64,000 nt of DNA from Octopus sinensis (taxonomy: Eukaryota): contig NC_042998.1 of assembly GCF_006345805.1 (NCBI RefSeq), forward strand, positions 143,468,001 through 143,532,000. The letters are read 5' to 3'. A program made the translations under genes and the position numbers. The notes beneath the pieces were generated by a model, which searched no databases, had not been told where the DNA came from, and saw only the letters and a list, made by a program, of their open reading frames with translations. Every line of letters starts with the position of its first letter. Positions within the stretch are counted from its first letter, which is position 1. Shown one piece after another: positions 39,279-54,254 of the stretch.

Positions 39279-39900
39279 AGAACACCGGATTGAATGCAGA
39301 GACAGAAGGTCTAATAATCACTGCAGAAGATGTGTGTTTCACACCATCGCATCATCAAGGATGGAACAGATCCACAATGCAGGATCTGTGGACAATATGA
39401 AGGAATCATCAATTACATTGTTTATAAATAGTTGGAACAAGCAAAGACCAACTAGATTTCACAGACATACCAAAGCAGCGGCGTGAGTACAAAGGAAAAT
39501 ATGCAGGAGTTATAAAATGAAAACAACTGAGAAACGGTAGGAACATGAGTCAAAATTGGTCACTGAGATCAATGAGAACACTATCATCTGGAATATGCTC
39601 ACCCACACTGACAGAGAGATAAAAAAATAATAAGCTTGACACCGCTTTCAAGGACAAGAAAAAGAGGAGATCTATACTTAATGACATTGCAATACCTTCC
39701 GAAAACCTAAGTACAACGATCTTGCAACTGAAACAAAGTATGGGATTCGAACGCATAAACAGGACAAATAATAACATGACCCCAGATACAGAAATCATAC
39801 GAAGGCTCACAATTCTATATAATCCAAAACGTAACCTTACTAAGCACAGCTCATAAACTTTTAATTCAAATGCACAACTCAATGAGTAAAATCTCTGGTC
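39278..39900 (+). mobile_element. Degraded R4/Dong-like LINE 3' fragment
   Basis: GLNAETEGLIITAED, DPQCRICG, TIIWNMLTHTDREIK motifs; preceded by (CTA)n. Confidence 0.6.
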
Positions 39901-40139
39901 ACAAAACATGCCCTAAACACTCAGCTTCAATGAAATAACCCAACTCACTCGACGTATATTTCACAGAATCACACCGCAAACAACTGAGCACCACACGGCG
40001 CATTCTCCACACAACTACCATCCAGTACGATAACAAAACACATGTTCTTACATAATACTATGACAAATATCCGATACTATACCAACAACAACAACAGCAG
40101 CAGCAGCAGCAGCAGCAACAGCAACAACAAAAACAGCAA

Positions 40140-40566
40140 ACCATATTCTTATTTCTTTATTGTCCATAAGGGGCTACACATAGAAGTGACAAACAAGAAC
40201 AGACAAAGGGATTAAGTCGATTACATCGATCCCAGTGCGTAACTGGTACTTAATTTATCAACCTCGAAAGGATGAAAGACAAAGTCGACCTCGGCGGAAT
40301 TTGAACTCAGAACGTAACGGCAGACGAAATACCTATTTCTTTACTACCCACGAGGGGCTAAACACAGAGGTGACAAATAAGGACATACAGACGGATTAAG
40401 TCGATTATATCGACCCCAGTGCGTAACTAGTACTTATTTAATCGACCCCGAAAGGATGAAAGGCAAAGTCGACCTCGGCAGAATTTGAACTCAGAACGTA
40501 GCGGCAGACGAAATACCACTAAGCATTTCGCTGGGCGTGCTAGCGTTTCTGCCAGCTCGCCGCCTT
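40140..40566 (-). mobile_element. SINE family 2, tandem dimer
   Basis: Reverse complement of the 29985-30405 arrangement. Confidence 0.8.
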
Positions 40567-41725
40567 ATTCTATGTAATTACCACTCAGTTATATACGCAA
40601 CACTCAATACATATACTACACAATCACCACCCGATGCTACAACACATACCACAAACCCGTACAACACCTACTGTACATAATCACCACCCGACATAACACA
40701 CTCACCAACCAACAAAATAATACAACACACACTCACAGAGCATAACCCACACAACATATAGACAAAACACCAAAGTATCACAGGAAACAACAAAAGCAGA
40801 TGCAGTAATAGAAGAGATTATAGCGTTATACACCTCAAAAGATAATAGCGTTATACACCTTGGAGTACTGCAGAAACTTGCATAAAGCTGTTGAAAATAC
40901 GACGACATATAGTCACATTATTATTATTAATAATGATAATAATTTCCTTATTCACCACACGGGGACTTTGGGACGACATTACGATGAGAAATTGCAAAAC
41001 CAGTGGTGGTGGTAGTGGTGGTATGGTGGTGGTGGTGGTCGTGGGGTGACGGTGGTGGTGAGGGTGTTAGTGGTGGTGGTGGTGGTGGTGTGGTGACGGT
41101 TGTGGTGATTAGTGGTGGCAGGGGTTGTGGTTAAGAATAAAGAAGAAGAAGAAGAAGAAGAAGAAGAAGAGGAGGAGAAAGGGGAGAAAGAATAGAAGAA
41201 GAGGAAGAAGAAGAAGAAGAAAAGGAGGAGGAGGAGGAGAAAGAGGAGAAAGAATAGAATAAGAAGAAGAAGAAGAAGAAAAGAAGAGAAGAAGAAGAAG
41301 AAGAAGAAGAAGAAGAAGAGAAGAAGAAGAAGAAGAAGAAGAAGAAGAAGGAAGTAAATTAAGAAAAGGAAGAAAGCAATACTATTATAGATATCTTCAC
41401 CAATGTTTTGAGGTATATAGCATAAAATTATCGATTCTTTCTGCAATTTTATTACCATGGTAACCATCATATAGGTTTCAACTGGTGTTCACGCATAGAT
41501 ATGTCGTCATCTGCATGCAAATGTGTGTATATGTAATATGTGTATGTGTACATGTATGTATGTATGTATGTATGTATGTATATATATATATAAACACACA
41601 CACACATGCATGTATTCATATATTTACACACAGGCATACATGTATGTGTACACACACACACACATATATGTGTATGATACATACGTATATATGTACGTAT
41701 GTATATTTGTATGTATGTATGTATG

Positions 41726-41756
<31 letters not shown>

Positions 41757-43453
41757 TTATGTGCATTGAGAGAGACAGACTGATAGATATAAACATTTAC
41801 TTTATATCCATACTTAAGTAGTCACTTAAATTTACATTGTGTAATTGTCCACTTCAACTGACACTGGGAAGTAGAATCGAACGGAATAGATAAAGAGAGA
41901 GAGAGAGGAAGAGAGAGAGAGGAGGAGGAGGAGAGAGAAGGGGAGGTGGGAGGGTAGATGTTGCTGTTTTGATTGAAATGTTGTGAGGTTATATTATTCT
42001 GCGGAGATGGAATAGACGATTGGTCATAACGTTCACCTCTCAACAGAATAACCCTAATTTAAGATTTTACCACTGGTGGTGCCTTAGTTACTTGGCTATG
42101 GAGTAGATAGATGATGGCAGATAGTGGAATTACAGAAGGGACATAGGATATTTGAGCAAGACATTATACACTCCTGTCCTTTGTTCAATGCATCTGTAGC
42201 TCTATAGACCCAAACCCCACCCCATCCCATACATTTTGGCAACCGTCATACATTTTGGCAAGGGTCATTGTAACAGCATCACAGGCTTACAGGAAAACAA
42301 TTCGCTGGAGCCCTTGCTTACACAACCTAAGTGTACTTAAATTAACGTTAGCACCCCCGCTAGATCAGTCAGGCCAGATCAGTGTACCCATACCATGAAA
42401 CAGCACTAATTCTGGACGATATCCAAACAATGGATATCAAAGAGGTAAGATTTCACTTACACGAATATTATTACAACCATGGACCCATCGACATATCATC
42501 ACGTCCTCCTGTTTCTTCTACAAATTCTACAATGATCTCTGCTCTTTTACACTAACGGACTGTAGATTACTCCTTCTGAACACATTCCTTGAGTCCTTTC
42601 CACAACTGCATAATTGCGATGTATCATCTTAATTGTTCCACCCTAAATACATCAGCCATATTGTATCCAACCTGTGAAGAACTGCAAGAGTCACGGATAT
42701 TGTGTTTCCTACCATAACTAACTTATAATATACAAACATATACTTATATGCTTCTATTCACAAAACATATAGATATGTAGGTAGGTCGGTAGGACTGTAG
42801 GTAGGCATGCGGGTGGGTGGATTGATAGATCGCTTACAACTAGTTTTAATTGCAGTGAATCATCTTAACTACCACCCTAAATACTTTACTCACCCCCACA
42901 AACTGGAAGCTCTGAAGCATCCACCAATTTATGCAGACAGAATGTTAATCACAAAATTTAACCAGATTGGAAAGGTCACAGAGTTTGAAATCATTGCTTC
43001 TATTCCTTGAACAAAGCAATGACTCGAGACAAACGATTTTTAAGGTAGTTGGGGTAAGATTACATCGACTCTGGTACTTGGCTAATACTTCATTTTATTG
43101 ACCCTGAAAGGATAAAGGGCAAAGTTGACCCCGCGGCGGCATTTGAGCGCAGAACATAAAGAGCAGGAAGAAATACTGAAAGGCATTTTGTCCGACGCTC
43201 TAATGATTCTGCCAGCTCACCGCCCCACGAAACTAGCTAATGGTCAGAGAAGGTAAATAAAAAAGATGTGGTACTGAGTCCTTGGAGACGTCATTCAATG
43301 CCTTATGTTCTAAGAAGGTGGAAGAAGAGCAAGTAAAAGCAAAATATGAAAGAGAGTGAGAGAGGGGGGAGAGAGACAGAGACAGAGTGACAAACAGACA
43401 GAGACAGACAGAGAGACAAACACAAACAGGTTATCACAGGCAGACAGACAGAC

Positions 43454-43454
<1 letters not shown>

Positions 43455-43489
<35 letters not shown>

Positions 43490-43790
43490 CAGCAGCAGCA
43501 GCAGCAGCAAGAAGAATGATAATGGTGATGATGATGATGATGGTGATGAGGATGAGGAGGAGGAGGAGGAGGAGAAGAAGAAGAAGAAGAAGAAGAAGAA
43601 GAAGAAGAAGAAGAAGAAGAAGAAGAAGAAGAAGAAGAAGAAGAAGAAGAAGAAGAAGAAGAAGAAGAAGAAGAAGAAGAAGAAGAAGAAGAAGAAGAAG
43701 AAGAAGAAGAAGAAGAAGAAGAAGAAGAAGAAGAAGAAGGAATAAGAGAAGGAGGAGAAAGAATAGAAGGAGGAGGAAGAAGAGGAGGAG
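43455..43790. repeat. Compound triplet microsatellite (TAG)(CAG)(GAT)(GAG)(AAG)n
   Basis: Direct inspection; source of the poly-K, poly-R and poly-L ORFs. Confidence 0.97.
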
Positions 43791-45316
43791 ATGAAATATA
43801 TTGCGAGAGTTAGCCGAAAACATTTACTTAAAATATATGTATGCAGTCATTTACCGCCATGTATGAAGATGAGAAGCTGAAGGATATTTTATTGGTAGCC
43901 ACGTAATATTCGTTCCGGCTCTTTGCGTTCTGAGTTCAAATCCTGTCAAAGTCAACTTTGTTTTCCATCTTTTCGGGATCGATAAAATAAAGTACTACTC
44001 GAGTAATAGGTTCAATATAATCCGCACTTTGTCTGCAAATAAGGTATCAGTCAAGAATTGGGTTTGCTATAATAGCAGATAATCCGATTTAATGCGAGAT
44101 TTACATTACAAATAATGGATCACAATGAAGTGACTGCAATCTGCCTGAAAGTTCTTTTTGAACGACTTTATTCGTGAAGATTCCTTTTGAGAATCTTTTG
44201 TATATTTTGAAAGGAAAATCTATTTCTCGAAAGGAAAATCCATTTCTCAGGACCCGAGCCAATTTATTCAACAGACAGTTATCTTCGCTGAAATGCCCAA
44301 AGAAAATTCACTGTATTCTGAAGAGAGATGCTTTCTAGTAACGAGGTGAAAAAGGAGCTAACTATAATTTTTCATCGCTAAGTCCTTGAAACAAGTTAAA
44401 TAAAATATCGATATTAAGGAACAAATGTAAATTCTACGATAATTTTTCTTAAGCGCTTCTACGACTGTTAAGAAATGGGATAAATAGACTGGTGAACGAT
44501 ATATTTGAAAATATTGGAATTTGAAAACGCTGCTCTGTACAATTGTGGGAAAACTATCCTAAAATATATATATGGAAAAATTAAGATGTTTCATTCTAAA
44601 ATTTAAACTAAATTAAATTTTATAGGTAGCTATGGAGCATTCATCTTTGCTCTTTACGCTCGAAATTCAAATCTTACACACACGAATGCAAAATAGAAAA
44701 AAAAAGTAGAGTTTGAGTACATTTAGATTCGTGTTTATAACATGTTTAATTTAATTTAATTTACACTTAAAGATAACGAATTGACTCAGTTGTTTGAGCG
44801 ATAGATAGAATGCATCGTAGCATTTGATTCGGATCACTACGCTCTGAGTTCAAATCCTGTTGAAGTCATCTTTGGCTTTCTTCCTTTCAAGTGTCAATAA
44901 AAAAAGTACCAATCCAGCACGGTAGATTGGCAGAACTGTTGGAAGGTTCGATAAGATGTCTTGCGATGTCTCTTCCGAATTTTTGTGTTCTGACAGCAAT
45001 GCCTGTAATGGCAATGGTACCGATCTATGACAACCCAGGTCGAATATCTTTTCTTTGGGTAAACATCAATGGTGTCGGGAGGGAAAACTTGCATGAATCG
45101 GTAACTTTCAATCTTTCTAAAGGAAAAAAAAAACAGACTTACCCATTCCTTCACATATGTGTGCAGATTCATGGTCAACACCGACAAAGAACCTATAAAT
45201 TTCATTTAATTTTACGTTTTTATCCAGAAACCATTTCTCTCAAAGTTCTGTAGTTCTTAGCTGTTGTCTTCTAATAGGAATAACACTCATAATACCAGTC
45301 AATGTCTGTCTACTAT

Positions 45317-46016
45317 TTTTGTGAATAGAACCATATAAGTATATGTTTGTATTTTAAAAGTTAGTTGTGTTAAGAAACGCAATGTCCATGACTTTTGCAT
45401 GGACACTGTCATATATTGTATGGACATCAGTCATATTGTATCCAGGCTGTAAATCTCCACTAATACAACAGAAGCCCAATTATCTAACGGTGCCCAATTT
45501 ATCAAACCAATCTCCTTTATAAAGTTGTTTATCTCCGTTTATAAAACTTGTCAACCAAAACTTACGTCTAATTTATCAATCAAGCTGTTTACATCCTTTT
45601 ATAGACCTTTCAATATCCAAATATCCACTGACTGACCTGTCTTCTTCAGTTCATTTATATAAAACATCCTTCCATTTTTAAGTCGAGCTCAGACTTAACA
45701 TTTAGGTAGTAAATCTAACACACGATGCGACTTCACCCACCTAGAACTTGGCAGTTTTTTTTTTCAGCAGAGTTCTCCCTGTTACAAGCTTCCGCACCAG
45801 ATCTCAGATATCTTATCGCCATCTTCTTTCTACGCAGACAATAACCTTTAAATGCGTAAACTGGACATCAGTCATATTGTATCCAGCCTGGATACAATAT
45901 GACTGATGTCCATACAATATATGACAGTGTCCGTGCAAAAGTCATGGACATTGCGTTTCTTAACACAACTAACTTTTAAAATACAAACATATACTTATAT
46001 GGTTCTATTCACAAAA
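45317..46016. mobile_element. Element bounded by 133-bp near-perfect inverted repeats; the spacer has a Penelope RT-like motif
   Basis: Arms 45317-45449 and 45884-46016 with one mismatch seen; spacer translates to PFIDLSIS..LSSSVHLYK at about 45590-45665; diverged arm copy at about 42645-42775. Confidence 0.65.
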
Positions 46017-46103
46017 CATATAGGTAATTAGGTAGGTAGGTAGGTAGGTAGGTAGGTAGGTATATAGGTAGGTAGGTGTGAGTGGGTGGGCAGATAGATA
46101 TAT

Positions 46104-46149
<46 letters not shown>

Positions 46150-46228
46150 TATATATAGATAGATAGATAGATAGATATATAGATAGATAGATAGATAGAT
46201 TAGATAGATAGATAGATAGATAGATAGA

Positions 46229-46310
<82 letters not shown>

Positions 46311-46628
46311 CAGTGTGATAGAGAGGTAGAGTGACCGAAAGTATTGTTGGAAATGTAGATAAGATGATAGATAGATAAAAAGAGTGATAGACAGATAAGA
46401 AATAGATAGATAGTTAGACAGATAGAAATAAAGAGAGGGGGAGAAAGAGAGACGATGGAGATGGATAATTAACTTGAGACAGAGACAGAATGAAAGAGAA
46501 ACAGAGAGCACATGACTTAAACTGAACGATTCATTTGACCTATGGTTGACCATATACATGAATTCGATGTTTTCGCCGAAAATATATATTTACCACAATA
46601 CAATAAAGTACAATACCATACATACATA

Positions 46629-46681
<53 letters not shown>

Positions 46682-47081
46682 TGTGTATGTGTGTGTATGT
46701 GTGTGTGCCTGTTTGTGTGTATGTATATATACAACGGACTACAAATATAATTGTGTACAAAAACTAAGGTGGTCGATCTTACAACATCATCTTCACCTTT
46801 TAAGCTAGTATTCACCCAGCATGAACAGTGTCAGACTTCATCATAAAACGTTATAATATCTACTATTACATGTGTCTACTTCCTATTTCAAGATCTTTAT
46901 TTCCATTTCAAAAACGTGTCTTCTTCCGCTTACAAAGCAGTCTTTCTTAATTCTTAGTGATTAACATTAAAATGGCTTCCGTTCTAAACATTGTGAACAA
47001 TCCCAGATGACACTATACGTAACCTTTTGTTTTTATTACTAATGTCACTTGTAAATAATATATCTGTCTATCAATTTATCA

Positions 47082-47229
<148 letters not shown>

Positions 47230-47523
47230 GTCTGTCTGTCTGTCTGTCTGTCTATACATACATGAATATATAATATATGTATTTGTATGTGTGTGTGTTG
47301 GTGTGTGTGGACAGATAGACAGAGAGATAGCTAATAGAAAAATACATACGTAATATATATATGTGTGTGTGTATGTATATGACTGTGTTTGTGTGTCTGT
47401 AAGATTGTATGAATGTCTATTAGTTTGTATATATATATATATATAAATATATATATATATATTATATATATTTGTGTGTATCGATATACCTTTATGCATA
47501 CATATGTATATATAATTATATAT

Positions 47524-47565
<42 letters not shown>

Positions 47566-48831
47566 TCATATGTCATACGTATATGTATATATGTGCATGT
47601 ATATATGTGTGTGCATATACATGTATGTATATACATATATGTATATATACACACATACGAGTGTGACCTTTAATCATTTATAATATATTGTACTGGTTTT
47701 CATATTTAATTATATGTATATACACATATATATGTACCTGAGTATATACAAGTTTTGGGTATGCGAATATATTTCTACACACGCACACACACACACACAT
47801 TCATACATGAACATATACGCATACATATATGTACACATACACATATCTATATATATGTATGTGTGTTTATACAAATATACACGTAGGAAGACAAAGAACT
47901 ATGAATAGATGAGAAAAGCAAGAAAAAGCAAGATAAATATTAAATATTGTTTATTATTGTTAATTAAATGCCATACGTGCAATGGAATGAAACAAATTAC
48001 ATCTTCGAAATATGTCGATAGACCATTTCTCTAAAGCAGTATAGAAGTTTCTTGTAGTTCTTGGAGAAAGAAAGAGAGAGAGAGAGAGAGGGGGGAGAAA
48101 GATAGAGGAGGAAAGGCAGACAGAAAGTGAGGAAGAAAGAACGTGAGAAAATTGTAAAGAACAAAAAAGAAGAAAACAAGCAAGAAAGAGACGAATATGA
48201 ATGATGGAAAGAAAGAAACAAACAAACACAAGGAATAAATGAATGAATGAAATAAAGAAGGAAAGAAAGAGGAAGAGAGACGAACTACAAGAAAATAGAG
48301 AGGAGAGAGAGACAATGCTGAGGGAGATAAAGGGATGATGAATTGTATTTGAGAAGATTGCTAGTAGTTTTAAGTCAACGATCATTTTGGTTAAGATGGC
48401 GTCGCTGAAACCCCAGTGTTTTCGATGACGCTTTGTTTAATGTTAGCAGCTATTGTTTCTTCGTATTTCTTCAGTTTTGTCTTTTTTAGTTTCTTTTAGT
48501 GTTGTTTTGTTGTTTTCTGTGTTTATTTCATTTTATTTTATTTCTCTATTTATTTATTTTGTCTTCTGTTGCGTTATGAATTCCGTACGTATAATTTAAT
48601 AAACATGATATTGTCTAATAATTGGTAAAGGGAGGAAGAGAGAGGAAACGGGAGGGATACAGAGAGACAGAGAGAGACACATATATACATACATATGTAA
48701 GTATTTTCATACATTCATCCATACATATGATGCACATCCATATGTACAAATGCACATACAATACGAACGTACATGTTTTCATCCAAACATTTACGCTCAT
48801 ATGTAAAATATACATACATACACATACATAC

Positions 48832-48862
<31 letters not shown>

Positions 48863-50776
48863 CATACATACATACATACATACATACATACATACATACA
48901 TACGCACGGACATCCAGCATATATATGCACGCACTTTCATACATACGTACAAATGCTCGTATGTACAGACATACATGAATTCATTCAAACATACATACAC
49001 ACGTACGTACTTACATGTACGCGTGTATATATGCACTCGTATGTACACACATATATACATCTATAAATGCAATACTATGCATATATATGCAATGGTGCAT
49101 ACATATACATAAGCATATATGTCTATAAATACATAGTGCATACATACATATATACAACATATGTACTGTCATATATGCACATATATATACATAGAGGCAT
49201 ACATACACACATCCACGCAAAGGTACACACAAACATATACTTGTACAGATATGCATTCAAATAGCCTTCCTTCTTCGCCTGAGCACTCAATCTTTGAACA
49301 GGTCGTAGAGGCAACGTCGTAAGAAATGACTCGTCTTGGAAATTTTAAACGGTGCCCATTCTTCGACAGAATTCACCACAGACTATTTCTTCTAGAGTGA
49401 AATCAATCAAACAAGAGAGAAGAGAAACGGGAAGAGAACAGTGAGAGAGAAAGAGAGAGAAAGAGAAAGACAGAAAGAAAGAAAGAAAGAAAGAAAGAAA
49501 TGTATTTCTTTGCAGTATATTTAAGTTATATATATGTGTGTGTATGTTGTGTGTTTATGTGTTTAAGTATGTATATGATTCATTTGACAAGGTGATTGTG
49601 TATAGGCATTTAGACCAGGAACCTCAAATGGAGAATCCTTGGAATGATTCGCATATTTTCCCTCTGCCATTAATTGGTTGTGTTTGAAGAACAATCAGTT
49701 TGCTGCTTTCTTTTTTTAAAAAAAATTTCATCGTTTTTAAGTTTGTATGTATATCTACTGTTATGTAGATAACAGGAACAAATGAATATCTGTAGCCTGG
49801 TAACAAGACTTGTACGCTCCTCATTAATTCTTCTTAGATATTCTCCTTTTTACCGATTTTGGACGAGACATTCACGTCCGTCGGACAGCTGGTCTCTACA
49901 ACAATGCATGATGTTTCTTTTCTTTGTGTGCCCGCGACAGAACAGTATATGGCAAATTGTGTCTACTGCAGGTTGATGTTTTTATTGGAACGTTCCACCA
50001 TGTGAATTTATACTCTGGCTCTCGTGTACCATGGGCATGGCCAACAGGACAATTCTTCCAGCAGATATCATTGCAAAAAGCTTTGGCGACAGTGTCAAGT
50101 TTATGTGGATATACTTGTACAGTTTCTGATGGCATGGATATTATTTTCTGCACTGATATAGTACAGCCGACATTTTCTGTCACAGCGTGTTGATTTACAA
50201 CAATCTTTATCTCTATGTTTGTCCTTTTCTATTTTTATTTGACGTTATTCTGTAAGGTAGGAGATGCATTCTATCAAGGATACAAAGCTCCATCATTGCG
50301 ACTTAGATAACGAAATATTACATATTGAACTTGTGAAACGTCGAGTAAGTTTTTATTGTTCCACTTAGATATTATATGTGTAATGTGCATGTTAGTCTAT
50401 ATGCCTGTTTATATGTGTATGTACGTTTCTTAATCCTTTATTCATTTATTTATTAGAATTATTTTTAGAAAGGGATTTGGTTGCTAAATAATAAACAAAA
50501 GTTCCATCGCTAAAATTTGTTATTGCATATTGAACTTTGGAAAGCCTTGCATACTTTTACTGTCCCATTTACTGATTTTTATAAGTGTATGATAGCTGAC
50601 TTCTTTATTTTGCTCAAAAATGCCGTTTTTCTTTTTTAGATGTTCGTTCAAGCATTCAATAACATAACCGAGTACTCGAAACATTACTGGTATAAATGTA
50701 AATTTATGAAGAGAGTAGAATAGTTGCACTAGGTAAACATTTTGATAGGAATATTCCATCAATACTCTTAGTGTTC

Positions 50777-50807
<31 letters not shown>

Positions 50808-50917
50808 TGTATGTATGTATGTATGTATGTATGTATGTACGTTTGTGAGTATGTGTGTACGAATGTATGTACGCATGTACGCATGTACGTATATACGTAT
50901 GTATGTATGTACGTATA

Positions 50918-51190
50918 GGCACAGGCATGGCTGCGTAGTAAGAAACTGGTTTCCCAACCAACCATATGGTTCCGGCTTCAATCGGGCACCTTGTGTCAGT
51001 GTTTGCCCTTCACCATCACTTGATATGTTTATGCCTCGTAATTTAGGAGTTTGGCAAAAGAGTAAGATAGAATTAGTAGCAGGCTTACAAAGTATAGATC
51101 CTGGGGTCGATTCCTTCGACTAAAATTCTTTAAAGCAGTGCTCCAGCATGGCCGCAGTCAAATGACTGACACGTGAACGAATAAAAGAAT
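50918..51190 (+). mobile_element. SINE family 1 copy (internally deleted)
   Basis: Head and tail motifs of family 1. Confidence 0.7.
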
Positions 51191-51199
51191 GTATGTATG

Positions 51200-51452
51200 C
51201 ATTTTAAGATCCACAGGGAACAGAACTTAACTCCTGTTCTTGGTGGTCCAAATCGGATATGCAGCTGGGTCTAAGGTGTAGGTATAAGAGGTGGTCAGAC
51301 CCTGCATAAAGAGTAGACAACCGTCATGTATGTATGTATGTATGTATGTATGATGTATGTATGTATGTATGTATGTATGTATGTATGCATGCATGCATGC
51401 ATGCATGTATGTATGTATGTATGTATGTATGTATGTATGTATGTATGTATGT
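51200..51452 (+). mobile_element. 5'-truncated RTE 3' end with long (ATGT)n tail
   Basis: AAGATCCACA..GGTGGTCCAAATC..AGTAGACAACC matches 37001-37181, followed by (ATGT)n. Confidence 0.75.
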
Positions 51453-53379
51453 ATATAAAATATAACGTGTCTTGAATGGCACAACAATGCAGAGTGAACT
51501 ATAATAACTGTTATAATTTAATTATCCATAGTTTGATGTATGTATGTATTATATATGTACATGTGTATGCATCTACGCATGTATATATGCGCATGGGAAT
51601 TTCACATCAGTTTCCGACTCGTTATGAAACCAAGAATATAGCTCTCCTTAGGTTTCGTTTTGCAACTGAATGTAATGACAATCAACTGTTGTATAGGTTT
51701 AAAATATCACTTTTAAGTTTTTAATATCTGTACATGAATTGGTTCAACAGATTAAGTGGAAGAATTTAGAGAAAGTGTAAATAGCGATCCAAAAACACAT
51801 TTTACAGGAGAATGGCAGAAACACCACCAGACATTGTCGATTTGGCTGTTACGGTTTAGTAACCGAAATTGTTCATTTTAGTATTTGTGTTGGCTGTGGT
51901 GTTGAGATTCGCGTACAAAAGCTCAGCTGAAAGCGATCGAAGTGTGTTGCAGAATGTAGTTAGGTGTAGCACCAGCTGCAGAATAGTGAATTAGTGCTTA
52001 AATCTACCTACAAATCCTCCTGTTGTCATCATCGTCTTCGTTGTTGTTGCTGTTCTTGTTCTTCTTTAACACCAGGTCTGCTCAGAAATAATGAGCATAC
52101 GATCAGTGACGTTTGAGCCCCATCTTTTGATATGATTATAAACACGTTGTGCAACGTAGTCTTTCTTTTGTTAAGGCAGCAATGTATGTTGAGGGAGATT
52201 TTAATGTGTAAGGACAAAACGGTGGCAGTCCAGGCGACAACGGTAGAAAAGAGCTATATACACCGAGTGAGTCGGTTCCTTTGTGTCCGTAAAAGATGTG
52301 TTTGTATGTGAAAGATGTGTATGCCTGTGAAAGATGTGTGTGTCTGTGAAAGATGTGTATGTCATCAATGATACTGGACTGTAGTAGTCGTTGCAATCCC
52401 TGGTCGAAGTTGAGTGACGTAAATTCCTACAATGATTGGTTTTGGTTGTGTTACGATCACTGGTTAGTTACTATGTAAATGATCTATATATACCTCATGG
52501 TTTGTCAAGGAAAGTGCGCCAAAGACAAAATCGTTAATGACATTCCATGACGTAGTTTACAATCGGGATTCTAACGAGTTAAGCATCTGCTTGTTCTATA
52601 GTGCTTTCGCCGGTCAATCTAACTACTGATAAAAACATGTTCTTAATGTGTCTACCAAGGACTTGAATGATTTGCTGTTGCTGAGGTCGTCAATCTCTGA
52701 CGAAATTCTGTTTTGGTGTTTCGTTGTTTTTACGTCTAAAACTGTGATTCCAGTTCAGTTCTTAGGCAGTGAGTTGGTGTTTAGGACTACCAATGTTCCT
52801 GCTACAGAAGCTTTATCTGACAAGTTATGACGCCGCGTGAAAGTTCCCTCGATAGAGGACTATCAATTTACCAATAAGAATAATACGATTTCATTGATTG
52901 ATAAATTTTTCACATGAGACTACGATATTTAGATGCAGCTAAGATTGGGCTCTGGCCATGTAAATATCGACTGTGGCACATTAAAAACAACGTTAGGTTT
53001 CTAGGTTATATTCTGCTTTGACTAGTTTCTAAATTAAGTTCTGTCAGTGGCCAGTAATTTTCCTGTAGGAGTGGAAGCTGTTTCTGATCTATGCCACTCT
53101 ACAAAGACACTTCATTATACACTCGCCTCCACCACCTACTACATGCATACACAAACATATGTATGCATTGGTTTCAAATTAGTGTTTGTATTAGCGTGTG
53201 TGCATGCATATATATGCATGTGCGTGTGTATGTGTCTGTGTATTTGTGTCATTGAATAGACACGAGTGAACACAAAAGAAATATAGAAAGGAGTGTATGC
53301 TAATTTTGTGCTAATGTATGTATGTGTGTGTGCGTATTATACATATGTGTGTGTATGTATATATATGTGCATATATATA

Positions 53380-53446
53380 CGTACATACATACATACATAC
53401 ACACACACACGCATACATACATATATACATACATACATGCATACAC

Positions 53447-53477
<31 letters not shown>

Positions 53478-53692
53478 CGTACGTACATATGTATATATAT
53501 ATATACACACACATACGTACATATCTATATGTATGTATACATACATATGCAAGTATACAAGTGAAACACCGCGTACCTACATATAGGTTTGTATGCATGT
53601 AATGTATATGTGTGCGTATGTGTGTGTATACACACATACATACATACATACATACATACATACATACATACATACATACATGCATGCATACG

Positions 53693-53738
<46 letters not shown>

Positions 53739-53913
53739 CGTACGTACATATGTATATATATATACACACATACGTACATATCTATATGTATGTATACATA
53801 CATATGCAAGTATACAAGTGAAACACCGCGTACCTACATATAGGTTTGTATGCATGTAATGTATATGTGTGTGTATGTATGTGTATACATACATACATAC
53901 ATACATACATACA

Positions 53914-53944
<31 letters not shown>

Positions 53945-53992
53945 GTGTCGTTACACGACATTTCACTTGTATACTTGCTTATGTATGTACAT
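53380..53992. repeat. Tandem duplication of about 257 bp plus a short inverted copy within (TACA)n sequence
   Basis: Unique core TATGCAAGTATACAAGTGAAACACCGCG at 53546 and 53803; inverted part at 53961-53992. Confidence 0.8.
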
Positions 53993-54046
53993 ATGAGCTG
54001 TTATAGATGTAAGTAGATAAATAGATAGACAGACAGACAGACAGAC

Positions 54047-54152
<106 letters not shown>

Positions 54153-54170
54153 TGAGAAAGAGAGTGAGTG

Positions 54171-54254
<84 letters not shown>

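Noticed and set aside
43356-43823. Poly-K, poly-R and poly-L ORFs
   Set aside because: All are readings of one compound triplet microsatellite.
44891-45253. 120-aa and 103-aa overlapping ORFs
   Set aside because: They start within a SINE tail and show no recognisable motif.
45370-45420. GAAAC-GCAAT-GTC followed by a CCATG/CATGG hairpin in the inverted-repeat arm
   Set aside because: No CUGANGA at the required position on either strand.
49782-50193. Non-repetitive ORFs on both strands that might be an exon
   Set aside because: No recognisable domain, no clear splice signals, and similar-length ORFs on opposite strands.
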